DNA of 64,000 nucleotides from an uncultured Nitrospiraceae bacterium (lineage in GTDB: Bacteria > Nitrospirota > Nitrospiria > Nitrospirales > Nitrospiraceae). The notes under the pieces are model-generated. The model did no database searches. It saw only the letters and a list, made by a program, of their open reading frames with translations, and was not told where the DNA came from. How positions within the stretch are numbered: the stretch's first letter is position 1; each line of letters opens with the position of its first letter. Below are positions 29,597 through 41,500 of this stretch, one piece after another. Both the position numbers and the translations under genes were made by a program. The stretch lies in assembly GCA_963846575.1 (NCBI GenBank), contig CAWJWJ010000002.1, positions 1,056,001 to 1,120,000 of the forward strand. Direction: 5' to 3'.

Positions 29597-31102
29597 ATGC
29601 TGATACTGCCCGAGCCTGTCGCTCGTTCCTCTCACCGGCTGTCAAAGTCGCGCTACCTCTCCGGGCTGCAGTGCCACAAGCGTCTCTACCTGGAAATTCA
29701 CGCGCCGGCACTGGCTACTAAGCCTGACGCTGCCACGCAGGCCATTCTTGATATGGGCACAGACGTCGGTGAACTGGCTCGACAACGTTTCCCCGGCGGG
29801 CGGTTGGTCACGGCCGGGTATCGTCAATCACAGGAGGCGTTGGCCCAGACCGCGGACCTCCTTCAGGATCCGACTCTGCCGGCTATCTTCGAGGGCGCAT
29901 TTCAGTTCAATCAGGTACTGGTCCGCGTCGATGTCCTGCAACGGGTAGGCGTGAACGAACTGGGCCAACCGACATGGCGGCTCGTGGAGGTGAAATCATC
30001 TACGAAACTAAAAGCCACGCATCTGGATGATCTGACCATTCAGAGCTACGTTCTGGAGGGGATCGGCTTGGCCCTGGTGGATATCTGTCTGATGCACGTC
30101 AATACGCAATACGTATTCGATGGCCGGGAGCTCGATGTCGCACAACTCTTCACTGTGCGCTCCTTGAGCGAGACGGTGCGGCAGCGGTTGGCGGAAGTGC
30201 CTTCCCGATTGGCCGCGATGCACGGGATGCTGGGAGAGATGTCCGCTCCCCCCGTCACTCCGGACGAGCACTGTCAAAGTCCCTATGAATGTCCGTTTTG
30301 GGCCCATTGCACGCAGGAGAAGCCGCCCCGGTGGATCTATCACCTGCCCGGAAGCAGTAAAACCGTCACCCTGTTGCGTGAACTGGGAGTGGAGACCATC
30401 GATGAAATTCCCGCCCATATAGATCTGACGCCGGTGCAGCGGCGGGTGAAGGATAACCGGGAATGGATCGGACCGGGCTTAAGATCGGCTTTGTCCGGCA
30501 TTCGTTATCCCGTTCACCATCTCGATTTTGAAACCTTCATGCCGGCTGTCCCGAAATTCGTCGCGACCAGACCCTACCAGGTGATTCCTACTCAATGGTC
30601 CAACCACATCGAGCAGTCTGATGGAACCTTGAGCCATGCCGAATATCTCTGTCGGGACAGTCGGGACCCTCGCGAAGAATTGACCGTCAGTCTGTTAGCG
30701 TCGCTTGGGCAGGAGGGGAGCATCTGCGTGTATTCGAGTTACGAGCGCTCGATTCTGGAACGGCTCGCCGAAGATTTTCCGTTGTTCAGAAAGGATCTCA
30801 AAAACGTGATCGCCAGACTGTGGGATCTCCATGTGGTGATCCGGGATCATTATTATCATCCCGCTTTCGACGGGAGCTATTCGATCAAGGCCGTGTTGCC
30901 GGCGGTCGTGCCCTCCCTGAGTTACGGGGGTCTGGTGATCCGGGATGGCGGGGTGGCGGCCTGTGAGTACGCCCGTATGATCTTCGCCGTCAGCGACTGG
31001 ATTGAGAAGGCACAGATCGGAGAGGCATTGCTGCGGTATTGCGAAAGGGATACATTGGCGATGGTCGAACTGCGGAAGGAACTACGGAAAAGAGTAGATT
31101 AG
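29597..31102 (+). CDS. DUF2779-type protein: PD-(D/E)xK nuclease-like N-terminus plus RNase H/exonuclease-like C-terminus; start uncertain
   Basis: LSKSRYLSGLQC.KRL, RVDVL, VEVKSS, C..PYECPF..HC, LDFET, GSYSIKAVLP and YCERDT motifs. Confidence 0.8.
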   Translation: MLILPEPVARSSHRLSKSRYLSGLQCHKRLYLEIHAPALATKPDAATQAILDMGTDVGELARQRFPGGRLVTAGYRQSQEALAQTADLLQDPTLPAIFEGAFQFNQVLVRVDVLQRVGVNELGQPTWRLVEVKSSTKLKATHLDDLTIQSYVLEGIGLALVDICLMHVNTQYVFDGRELDVAQLFTVRSLSETVRQRLAEVPSRLAAMHGMLGEMSAPPVTPDEHCQSPYECPFWAHCTQEKPPRWIYHLPGSSKTVTLLRELGVETIDEIPAHIDLTPVQRRVKDNREWIGPGLRSALSGIRYPVHHLDFETFMPAVPKFVATRPYQVIPTQWSNHIEQSDGTLSHAEYLCRDSRDPREELTVSLLASLGQEGSICVYSSYERSILERLAEDFPLFRKDLKNVIARLWDLHVVIRDHYYHPAFDGSYSIKAVLPAVVPSLSYGGLVIRDGGVAACEYARMIFAVSDWIEKAQIGEALLRYCERDTLAMVELRKELRKRVD

Positions 31103-31233
31103 TACCTGGTTCTCGTCCTGATCCATTTCACCATCTGCACGCACGTCGTCTCGATTTTCTCGTCTGCCATCAGGGCAATGCCACCAAGAGCCAGAAGCGT
31201 CATCACCAGCGCGAAATCGGTTTGTTCAAACAT
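31099..31233 (-). CDS. 44-aa small membrane protein, hypothetical
   Basis: GGGAGG RBS; hydrophobic stretch FALVMTLLALGGIALM followed by a basic tail. Confidence 0.5.
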   Translation of the reverse strand: MFEQTDFALVMTLLALGGIALMADEKIETTCVQMVKWIRTRTRY

Positions 31234-31588
31234 GCGGCCCTCCCGTGTGAAGCAGAGACTAACCCGGCCCTCCGCACGCGAACAGACCACTAGAGGCGGG
31301 GGATAGCCCTGTCCTCGGTAGGTGAGGACTCGCTGAACCAGTTCCTTTCGCCGGGGTTGAGCAGGAGGCCACAGGTCGAGAGAAACCTGATAGGACCGGT
31401 GATGCGGGGGGCATGTATCCGAAGCGACGGGCAGGTGACTTGTGAGCCCCGGCCGGGCAGGTGCTGTGTGACGGAGAAGTGTTGGACTGCCGAACTGAAG
31501 CGGCTGCCTGGGCGACGTGACCGATCCCGCTTACCTACTTGGAATCTAGACTGACTAAGAACAGATGGTTCAAGTTTCGTATTGCAGG

Positions 31589-31618
31589 AAAAGAAGTTCC
31601 CGGCATAGTCCGGGAACC
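31589..31618 (-). terminator. Intrinsic terminator after the YdeI-like gene
   Basis: Minus strand GTTCCCGG-ACTATG-CCGGGAAC-TTCTTTT immediately after the stop. Confidence 0.7.
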
Positions 31619-31619
31619 A

Positions 31620-32123
31620 TCATCCGTCGATCCCCTTGGTTCGTCTCTGACGAGCGGCTTCCACTGCGTCTAGAATCCGCTTCTCGCGCGTCCCGGATCT
31701 CGCGGCCTCCTCGATCCGGCGCAGGATGTAGTTCCGCGCGCCCGGAGGGATAGCGGTGAAGTCGTCTAAGACACCTTCACCGCGAAGAGCCTTTTCGAGG
31801 TCGTTGGGAATCGCCGAGTCTAATTCCCGATCCAACACTCGCAAGTGCACTTTTACACGATCACCTTCTTGAAGGTTCGCTGCCGTGCGGATTTTCTTAC
31901 GGATGCGGATGTAATGCCTTCCGCTTCCGACAGGAGAGACGCTTACCTTAAAGGGTGCCGATTTGTTAATATGCGCCATAACCAGAACGGCCGCCTTCGT
32001 GCCCAGGGTTCTCGTCACGCTTGCGGGCACCGGAATGGCGCAATAGTCCATGCCGGCGGCCCAATTCTCCATTCTGGATTGAAACGATATTTCCGTACCG
32101 GCGGCGGGAGATTTCTTGGCCAT
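31620..32123 (-). CDS. DUF1905 / YdeI-OmpD-associated family protein
   Basis: IRKKIR..ANLQEGD.V, IPNDLEKAL, F.AIPPG.R.Y and TREKRI motifs. Confidence 0.8.
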   Translation of the reverse strand: MAKKSPAAGTEISFQSRMENWAAGMDYCAIPVPASVTRTLGTKAAVLVMAHINKSAPFKVSVSPVGSGRHYIRIRKKIRTAANLQEGDRVKVHLRVLDRELDSAIPNDLEKALRGEGVLDDFTAIPPGARNYILRRIEEAARSGTREKRILDAVEAARQRRTKGIDG

Positions 32124-32198
32124 TGGATCAAGTCCAACAGACTGGGGAGCACCGGAACCGCATTCCCTACACTGCTCGATTTGCTAGAGAAGGGGATG

Positions 32199-32288
<90 letters not shown>

Positions 32289-32553
32289 GCACATAGCCGA
32301 CAAAGAGGTGCAGCTTAACGTGGTCACTGGCAGGATTCAAATGAAATCATGTGCTTGGACGTGATTTTCTTGTGCCCCTACGGGTATCTCACAAGTGAAT
32401 AATAAATGATTCCGTTTTGTAATCCCCACATTCCGCCGTAGACTCACGTCGTGCCCTGAAACCGGCGGGACCAGCGTTTTTGCGCATCCGTGGCAGTGGG
32501 TCAGTGGCACTTCGTTACGATGCATCTCTCGGTCCACTGGGGTTGAGCATTTT

Positions 32554-35500
32554 GTGGTCAGACACTCATCGTTAGCCATTCCCTCCGGCGCTACACTCCT
32601 CGATGTCCTCAGATGGCGGGCCGAGCACCAACCAGACCAGATAGCCTATGTGTTTCTTCGAGACGGGATTACCCCTGATGGGGTTCTGACCTACAAGGAT
32701 CTGGACGCGCGGGCACGCTCGATCGCGGGGTACCTGCAAACCCGATTTATGCCTGGCGCTTGCCTGCTTCTCGTGTACCCACCCGGGCTTGAGTTCGTAG
32801 AGGCTTTATGGGGCTCGCTGTATGCCGGAATGGTGGCCGTTCCGGTTCCCCCGCCGGATGCATTTCGGCTCGCTCATGGTACTGCGCGTCTGCACCGTAT
32901 CGCGGAGGATGCGCGTCCGGCCGGGGCCCTCAGCACGACTCAGATTTGCACCATGCTGGGACAGGAAGCTCTGCGTGAGGGGTCAGTCGGATCCACACAG
33001 TGGATGACCCTGGAGGAGGTTGGCGACGAATTTTCCCACCAGTGGAAAGTGCCAACGGCAGTTGCTTCGACGCTCGCCTATTTACAATATACGTCCGGTT
33101 CCACCTCCGCTCCGAAGGGCGTCATGGTCAGCCATGGGAATATGACGGCGCAAAGCCGTTGTATCACGCAGGCTGGCGGGTACGAATCACATTCCGTCAC
33201 CCTCTCCTGGATGCCGCACTTCCACGACTATGGCCTCGTGAAGGGTATCGTGCATCCCCTATGGATCGGCCGTCCGTCCTATCTCATGTCTCCGCTCACG
33301 TTTCTCAAACGTCCCTTGCGTTGGCTCCACGCGATTCAGCGGTTTCAGGTGACGCACAGCGGAGGCCCCAACTTTGCCTATCGGCATTGCGTCGAATCCA
33401 TGAGGGCGGAGGATCGTGCCGGGATGGACCTCTCGGGGTGGGAGGTGGCGAGTTGCGGGGCTGAGCCTATTGCGCCGGACACGATCGCTCGATTCACAGA
33501 CGCCTTCGCCCCTGCGGGATTCCGGCCTGAGGCATTTTCTCCTGCGTATGGCATGGCCGAATTCACATTACTGATATCCCTGAAGCGAAAGGGCCTGCTG
33601 CCGACAGTGGAAACCCTCGATCCGGCAGCCTTGGAACAGGGATTAGTCTCCGCCACGAGGGAGGGAGATTCACCCGTTCGGCCGGTCGTTGGCTGCGGCA
33701 CACCGGTCGGAGACACACAAGTCATCATCGTCCATCCGGATACCCTGTCACAGTGCGCGGCGCAACAGATCGGTGAAATTTGGCTGGCTGGAGCCAGCAT
33801 CGCGCAGGGCTATTGGAACAATCCGGAGGAGACCGCACGCACATTCGGCGGGATTCTTCGCGAGACCGGCGAGGGGCCCTTTTTACGGACGGGCGATCTC
33901 GGGTTCGTGAAGGACGGCGAGCTCTTCGTGACGGGGCGGTTAAAAGATCTCCTGATCATACGTGGCCGAAATCACTATCCACAGGATATCGAACGGACGG
34001 TGGAGCAATGTCATGGGCTGCTGAGACGAGGTGGCGCGGCGGCATTCTCCGTGGTGCAGGCGGGTGAGGAGGCGGTCGTCGTTATCCAGGAGGTCGAACG
34101 TCAAGCCACAATGCTCGATATCGAGGAAGTGGCTGGGACCATTCGCGCTGCGGTGTCAGCGCAGCATGATCTCCATGTCTTCGCCATCATGTTCATCAAG
34201 GCGGGTGGGCTTCCGAAAACCTCCAGCGGGAAGGTACAGCGACGGGCCTGTCGCGAGGCCTTCATCAAAGGTGAACTCCCGGTCCTGGCCGAAAGCCGGC
34301 GTGAACTGCCGCGGGTTGCGGTCTCGTCCGCCCTCGTCACGGAAAAAAATGGCCAGGACCTCTCCCGCGATGCACAACTGCGTTACATCGAAGAACACCT
34401 TCAGGACCTGATCGCTGCGCGCCTCGGCAGTACACGGGACGCCATACCTTGCGAGAGACCGGTCCATCTGCTGGGACTTGATTCCCTCATGGCGGCAGAG
34501 GTGCTGCACGCAGTGGAGACAGCATGGGAGGTATCGCTTTCCTTACCGGTTCTGCTCGGGGGAGCCACCATTGTCGATCTTGCGGCGATGATCGGGGAGG
34601 CAAGGCTCCGGCCTGAGACCCGGCCCAATGATGCCTCTTCGGCTGAGTTCTCTTCAGAAGAGTTAATCCCGCTTTCGGAAAATCAGGCTGCCTTATGGTT
34701 CCTGAGCCGGTTGGCTCCGGATGATCCCGCCGCCAACGTGTCGGTCTTGCTGCACCTGCCCTCAGACGTCGATGAAACGTTCCTCCGACAAGCGATTGTG
34801 CAGCTTGGTCTGCGCCATGCGACGCTACGCACTACTTTTGAAACCCAGCAGGACCTTCCGGTTCAACGAATCCACGACCGCCTGCCCATTAGTTGGTCGG
34901 TCGTCGATGGAGCGGCGTGGGACTGGGGGATGATGCGCCGGCAGGCGACCGAAGCAGCGGCGGTCCCGTTTGATCTCCTCCATGGGCCGGTGTGGAGGGC
35001 ATTGCTCTTCCGGCGCCGGCAGGATGCGTTCCTTCTGCTCGTCGCCCATCATATAGCCGTGGACGGCTGGTCGATGAGTCAGCTGGTTGATGATCTCAAG
35101 CGACTCTATGGGGCGGCTCAAACCGGCACGACGGTCCTTGCAGACGAGGTCGGTGATGAAATTGCCTCGTACGGTGAATTCGTCACATGGCATCAAGGCC
35201 TGCTCGAGAGCGAAGAAGGCCGACGTCTGGCCGAGTATTGGCGGACACGGCTCGCGGGGGACCTGCCGAAGTATGACATTCTCTATGACCGTCCCCAGAC
35301 CAGCGTCGAACCAGGCCGGTATAGCTGGCATCCGTTCCATATCGAAGCCTCGTTGACGGAACGGCTCAAGACCTTTGCCCGGGCTGAGGGGACGACGTTG
35401 TACGCGGTCTGTCTGGCTGCCCTTCAGGTGCTGCTGTACCGTTATACGAATCAGGAAGATACGACGGTGGTCACGCCGGTGTTCGGACGAAGCCGGACCC

Positions 35501-38500
35501 GGTTTGCGCAGACCATCGGGGACTTCGTCAACATGCTCGTGCTGCGAGAGCGCCTTCATCCGAACCATAGCGGACGGGAACTACTGGCGCGGACCAAGCG
35601 CACGCTCCTGGACGCACTGGATCATCAGGATTACCCGTACTCGCGGCTCGTGTCGGATCTCCGGCCGACGCGCGATCAGCAACGCGCGCCAGTGGCACAA
35701 ATCCTCTTCGTCCTGCAGAAATTCAATTTGCTCGCTGAACTCGACGCACGCATGGGGGAGTCAGGCTTGCCGTCGTCAGAAGACAGCCGGCCCGGGTGGG
35801 ACACCTACGTCATACCCCAGCAGAGCGGGCAGTTTGATCTCTGTATTGAACTGGCGGAGTCGGGTGACGGGTTGAGAGGGTACTTCGAATATAAGGATCA
35901 GCTGCTCGCGCCGGAGACGGTGGCCCGACTGCAGGAGCACTATCTGCGCCTCCTGGACGGCCTGGTCACCGATCCCGCCGGCCGCATCGGTGAGCTTCCC
36001 CTGATGTCTGAGGCCGAGCAACAGCGGACAGTGCTCGTGTGGGGCCGGGCGCCGAAGCCGACTGTGACGTTGTCCTGCCTTCACCGGTTGATGGAAGAGC
36101 AAGCGCGGCGGACACCCGGCGCCATTGCGGTGCAACAGGGGCATCAGCGGCTCACCTACGGAGACCTGAATGCCAGATCGTCCCGCCTGGCCCATTATCT
36201 TCGCCGGCGGGGAGCCGGGGCTGGTGTCGTGGTGGCCCTCTGTGTCGAACGGTCGCTCGATCTGATCGTCGGTCTGCTGGGCATTCTGAAATCGGGCGCT
36301 GCCTACCTTCCGCTCGATGCCGACTATCCAATCGAGCGACTGGACTATATGTTGCGGGACAGCCAGGTTCGTGTTTTGGTCACCCGACAGGATCAACTGG
36401 CACGGTTACCGGCGACCAACACCCACACCATCTGCCTCGATTCGGAATGGGATCAGATCGCAGGTTGCCCGGACAGCCCGATCGAAGGAACCGATGCATT
36501 ACATAACCTGGCCTATGTGATGTACACCTCGGGATCCACCGGTCATCCCAAAGGCGTGATGATCGAACATCGGTCCATTGCGAACTATGTCCAGGCCATC
36601 ACGGAACTCGCCGGGGTGACCGCGGAGGACCGGTCGCTCCAATTTGCTTCGTTGAGTTTTGACACCGCAGCCGAAGAAATCTTTCCCTGCCTCGCGGCGG
36701 GCGCGACCTTGGTGCTGCGCACTACGGAGATGGTCGAGTCCGTATCGGGGTTCCTTGATCGCTGTCGTGAATGGCAAATCACCCTTCTGGACTTGCCGAC
36801 GGCCTATTGGCATGAACTCGTCGCCCGAATGGAATTGGAGCAACTGGCCTTCCCGGCATGCGTCAGAACCGTGATCATCGGCGGGGAACGTGTCCTTCCG
36901 CACATCGTGCGGCGTTGGGGAAAATTGGTCGGTCACCGAGTGCGGCTGTTGAATACCTACGGCCCCACGGAGACCACGGTCGCCGTCACCTGCGCGGACC
37001 TCACCGTTCAGGAGGTGCAGGGAGAGGTGCAAGGCGAGTTGCCGATCGGACGGGTGATTACCGGCGCTTCGGTTTACGTGCTGGATCAGCAGCGTCAGTT
37101 GGTTCCGGTCGGGGTGGCGGGAGAACTCTACGTCGGCGGCGTGGGAGTGGCCAGGGGATATCGCGGGCGTCCGGATCTTACCGAATCGAAGTTTATTCCT
37201 GATCCCTTCTCTGATCTCGCGGGGGCACGCCTGTATCGAACCGGCGACCTTGTCTCCTGGCGAGCGGATGGGCAGCTGGACTATCGAGGTCGTGTGGATC
37301 GTCAGGTGAAGATTCGCGGATACCGTATCGAGCTGGAGGAGATCGAGGCGGTCCTGAACCGGCACCCCGATTTGGAACGTGCGGTGGTGGAAGTGCGGGA
37401 GGACCAGCCCGGAGATAAACGGATCGTCGCATTCATGGTACTCCGCCCGCAGAGCCGGCTTGGCCTCGAGCAGTTACGCGAACAACTGCGACGACAGCTT
37501 CCGGCTCATATGATCCCCTCGTCCTTTATCGAACTCGAAGCCCTGCCTCTGACGGCTAACGGTAAGGTGGATCGTCGTGCGCTGAGCGTGGCCGCCGATA
37601 GTCGTGCAAGCAAGGTGGATGTGACATCCAGGTTTGTGGCTCCCAGAAATTCCACGGAACAAGTGCTGGCCGATATCTGGGGAGAAATCCTGCATCTCAA
37701 GGACGTCGGAGTACAGGACAACTTTTTCGAGCTGGGCGGGAATTCTCTCTTGGCGACACAGCTGGTCTCGAGGGTCCATGCGTTGTTCCGGACGAGCCTT
37801 CCGCTGCGGAGGGTGTTTGAGACACCCACGATTGCCACCTTGGCAGAGGCGATCGGACAGACGCGGGGAGCCGGGCAGCCGATCGCGGAGAGGATGGACC
37901 TGGCCATCACGAAGGCCCCGCGAGGAATGCCGCTGCCGCTATCCTTCGCCCAGGAGCGGATGTGGTTTCTCTACCGGCTGTCCCCCGGCGCAGCCGCCTA
38001 CAATATTCCGGCCAGCGTGCGCTTGCATGGCCCGCTCAATAGGGCAGCGCTGCGTCGGAGTGTCGCGGAACTGGTCCGGCGTCATGAAACGCTTCGGACC
38101 ACCTTTACACAGACCGACGGGCACGCACGGCAGATCATTCACGAGGTGTTGGAGCCGCAGTGGACCCAAGAGGACCTGCGCGCCGTGCCGTCGGAAATAC
38201 GGGAGCCGCGGGCATTAGAGCTGGCGACCGGCGAGGCCCGCCGTGTGTTCGATCTTGAACGGGGTCCGTTACTGCGTGTCCTGCTGATCCAACTTGGTGA
38301 GGAAGATCATATCTTGGTGATGAGTACGCATCACATCATTTCCGATCAATGGTCCTATGGTGTGATCGCGAGGGAGTTGGTGAGCAGCTACAACGCATTC
38401 TGCTCAGGCAGCCCTTCGTTCCTGCGGCCGGAGCTCGCCATCCAGTATGCTGATTTTGCGTTGTGGCAGCGCAATTGGTTGACGGGACCGGTGCTTGACG

Positions 38501-41500
38501 AACAACTCGTGTATTGGAAATCCAAACTCCTCGATCTGCCGGCCATGACCCTGCCGGCCGACCGACCGCGGCTCCCTGTGCATTCATTTCAAGGAGACCA
38601 CGTGTCGATCGAACTCCCCTGGGCCTTGATCAACCGGCTCAAGCAAGTCAGCATCCGTGAGGGCGTGACCCTCTATATGCTGTTCCTGAGCGGGTTTTTC
38701 GTGCTGCTCCATCGCCTGACGCAACAGCGCGATTTGGTGATCGGGACACCGATCGCGAATCGTAATCGCCTCGAAGTCGAGGAGTTGGTCGGCACGTTCG
38801 TCAATACGCTGGTGTTGCGGACGGATGTCTCGAGCGATCTGACTTTCCGGGAGTTTCTGGCGCAGGTGCGTGACCTGTCGCTTGATGCTTATGCGCACCA
38901 GGACGCACCGTTCGAAAAACTGGTGGAAGAACTGCGTCCGGACCGCAGCCAGGGGGGGCTGCCTCTGGTGCAGGTTCTGTTCAATTTTGCCAATACGCCT
39001 TTCGGGCGTGCGGAGTTTCAGCACCTGTCCTGGACGCCGTACGAGGTGAGTCGGGGCGCGGCACAGCTGGACCTTGGCTTGTCGATCGACCCGTTCGCCT
39101 CTCGCAAGGCCTATTTGGAATACAACACGGATCTGTTCGATCGCGCTACGGCCGAGCGATGGGTGGCGCAATACCGGCAGTTGATGGAAGCGATTGTGCA
39201 GCAGCCCGAGGCTCAGCTCGGACGGCTTCCGATCCTCACCGAACAGGAGCGGCACCGAGTCCTTCGGGAATGGAATGCGACCGAGACGATGGGTGAGAGC
39301 GATGTCTGCTTTCCGCAGCTGTTCGAAGAGCAAGTCGCCCGCTCGCCGGACGCCATCGCCGTGGTTTGTGACGGCGTCGAGCTTTCCTACGCGGAACTGA
39401 ATCGTCGCGCGAATAGAGTGGCCCATCAATTACGTGGCTGGGGTGTGGGACCGGATGCCGTCGTTCCGATCTTTCTGGAACGCTCACTGGACTTACTCAT
39501 CAGTCTCCTGGGCGTGCTGAAGGCGGGAGGGGCCTATCTTCCCCTGGTGCCCGGGCTGCCCATGCGGCGATTGGCCGTCATGATCGAGACGAGCCATGCG
39601 GCGGTTCTCGTCACCTCGTCCACACTGCTCGCCGGCCTTCCACCGCATCAACTGCCGGTCCTGTGTATTGATCGTGACCCGGACACGCTGACGCACTATC
39701 CGGCGGACGACCCCTCGCCTCTGGCAGGGCCGCAGCATCTAGCCTATGTGCTGTTTACCTCCGGATCGACCGGTCAGCCCAAAGGCGTCGAAATTGAACA
39801 TCGCGCCCTCGTCAATTTTCTCCGATCGATGCAACGCGAGCCGGGTGTGACTGGCGCCGATGTGCTGATCGCGCTCACGCCGTTGTCGTTTGATATCGCC
39901 GGTCTTGAGCTCTATCTGCCGCTTCTGACAGGCGCGCGTATCCTGTTGGCCAAGAGCCGGCAGGCGATGGATGGACCCTGGTTGCAACGGGAGCTGGATC
40001 AGGGCACGGTGACCGTCATGCAGGCCACCCCGGCAACCTGGCGGATGGTGTTGCAGTCCGGATGGCAGGGCAAACGTAAGGTCAAGGTGCTCTGCGGCGG
40101 GGAAGCCTTGCCTCGAGAGTTGGCGCAGGAGCTCCTGTCCCGCGCGTCGTCGGTGTGGAATGTGTACGGGCCGACGGAGACGACCATTTGGTCGACCCTG
40201 GAGCGTGTGCGTTCAGCGGAACGGACGGTTCCGATCGGCCGCCCGATCGCCAATACGCAAGCGTATGTGCTGGACCAGAACCGGGAACCGGTGCCGGTTG
40301 GAATACCGGGAGAGCTGTATCTCGGCGGGATGGGGCTCGCGCGGGGATACCGGTATGCTCCACGGTTGACGGAGGAGCGATTTGTCGCAAGCCCGTTCAG
40401 AGCAGGGGAACGGCTGTATCGAACGGGAGACCAGGTGAAATGGTTGCCCGACGGCAGATTGGAGTATCTCGGGCGCATCGATTTTCAAGTGAAGTTACGG
40501 GGATTCCGGATCGAGCTTGGAGAAATCGAGACGCTGCTGGCGGAAGATCACACCGTCGAACAGGCCGTCGTCATCGTGCGGGAAGATGTGCCGGGAGAGA
40601 AGCGGCTGGTGGGTTACGTCGTGGCAAAACACAAAGAGCTGTGCGATCCGGAGTCATTGCGCAGTGCCCTGCGCGAGATGGTTCCCGACTATATGGTGCC
40701 AGCCGCGATTGTTGTTCTGACCGGGTTTCCGTTGACCCCGAACGGCAAGGTTGATCGCAGCGCGTTGCCGGTGCCGGTCGCTGAACCCGTGCATGATAGC
40801 GGGCACGCCATTGAACCGAGAAACCGGATCGAGTTACAGCTGGCCGCGATCTGGGAACAGGTACTGGGCATTACGCCGATCGGCGTACGGGACAATTTTT
40901 TTGCGCTCGGGGGGTACTCGTTGCTGGCGTTGCGCATGTTCAGTGCGATCGAGCAGACGTTCGGCGCACGTCTGCCGATGGCGGTGCTGTTTCATGCACC
41001 GACGATCGAGCAACTGGCCGACGTTCTGGCTGGTGAAGGGCGGACCGTGCGATGGCGGTCGTTAGTGGCGATTCAGCCGGAGGGACAGCATCAGCCGTTC
41101 TTTGTGGTACCGGGGGTGGGCGGCAACGTGCTGGTTTTCGCGCGCCTGGCCAAACTGCTCGGCAACGACCAGCCGTTTTACGGGCTGCAGGCCCGCGGCC
41201 TCGATGGAAAAGAAAAACCGTTCATGCGGATTGAGGACATGGCGGCGCATTACGTCGACGAAATTCGGTCGGTTCAGCCGAATGGGCCCTATCTCATCGG
41301 CGGAACCTGCACCGGGGGGCTGGCAGCCTATGAGATCGCTCAGCAACTCACGGCCAGAGGAGAAGAGGTGATACTCGCTATCGTCGAATCCTGGCACCCG
41401 CGATCCTATGTCACCCACTGGAGCCGTGCCCCGTACCTGTTGTGGCCTCTGTTGTTTGTCGGGATGAAGCTGGTGGCCTACTACCGCCTCATGCGCCCGC

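Noticed and set aside
32337..32430. AT-rich stretch before the NRPS as a Fur box (siderophore hypothesis)
   Set aside because: Only about half of the consensus positions match, and there are no chelator-tailoring or TonB receptor genes in the cluster
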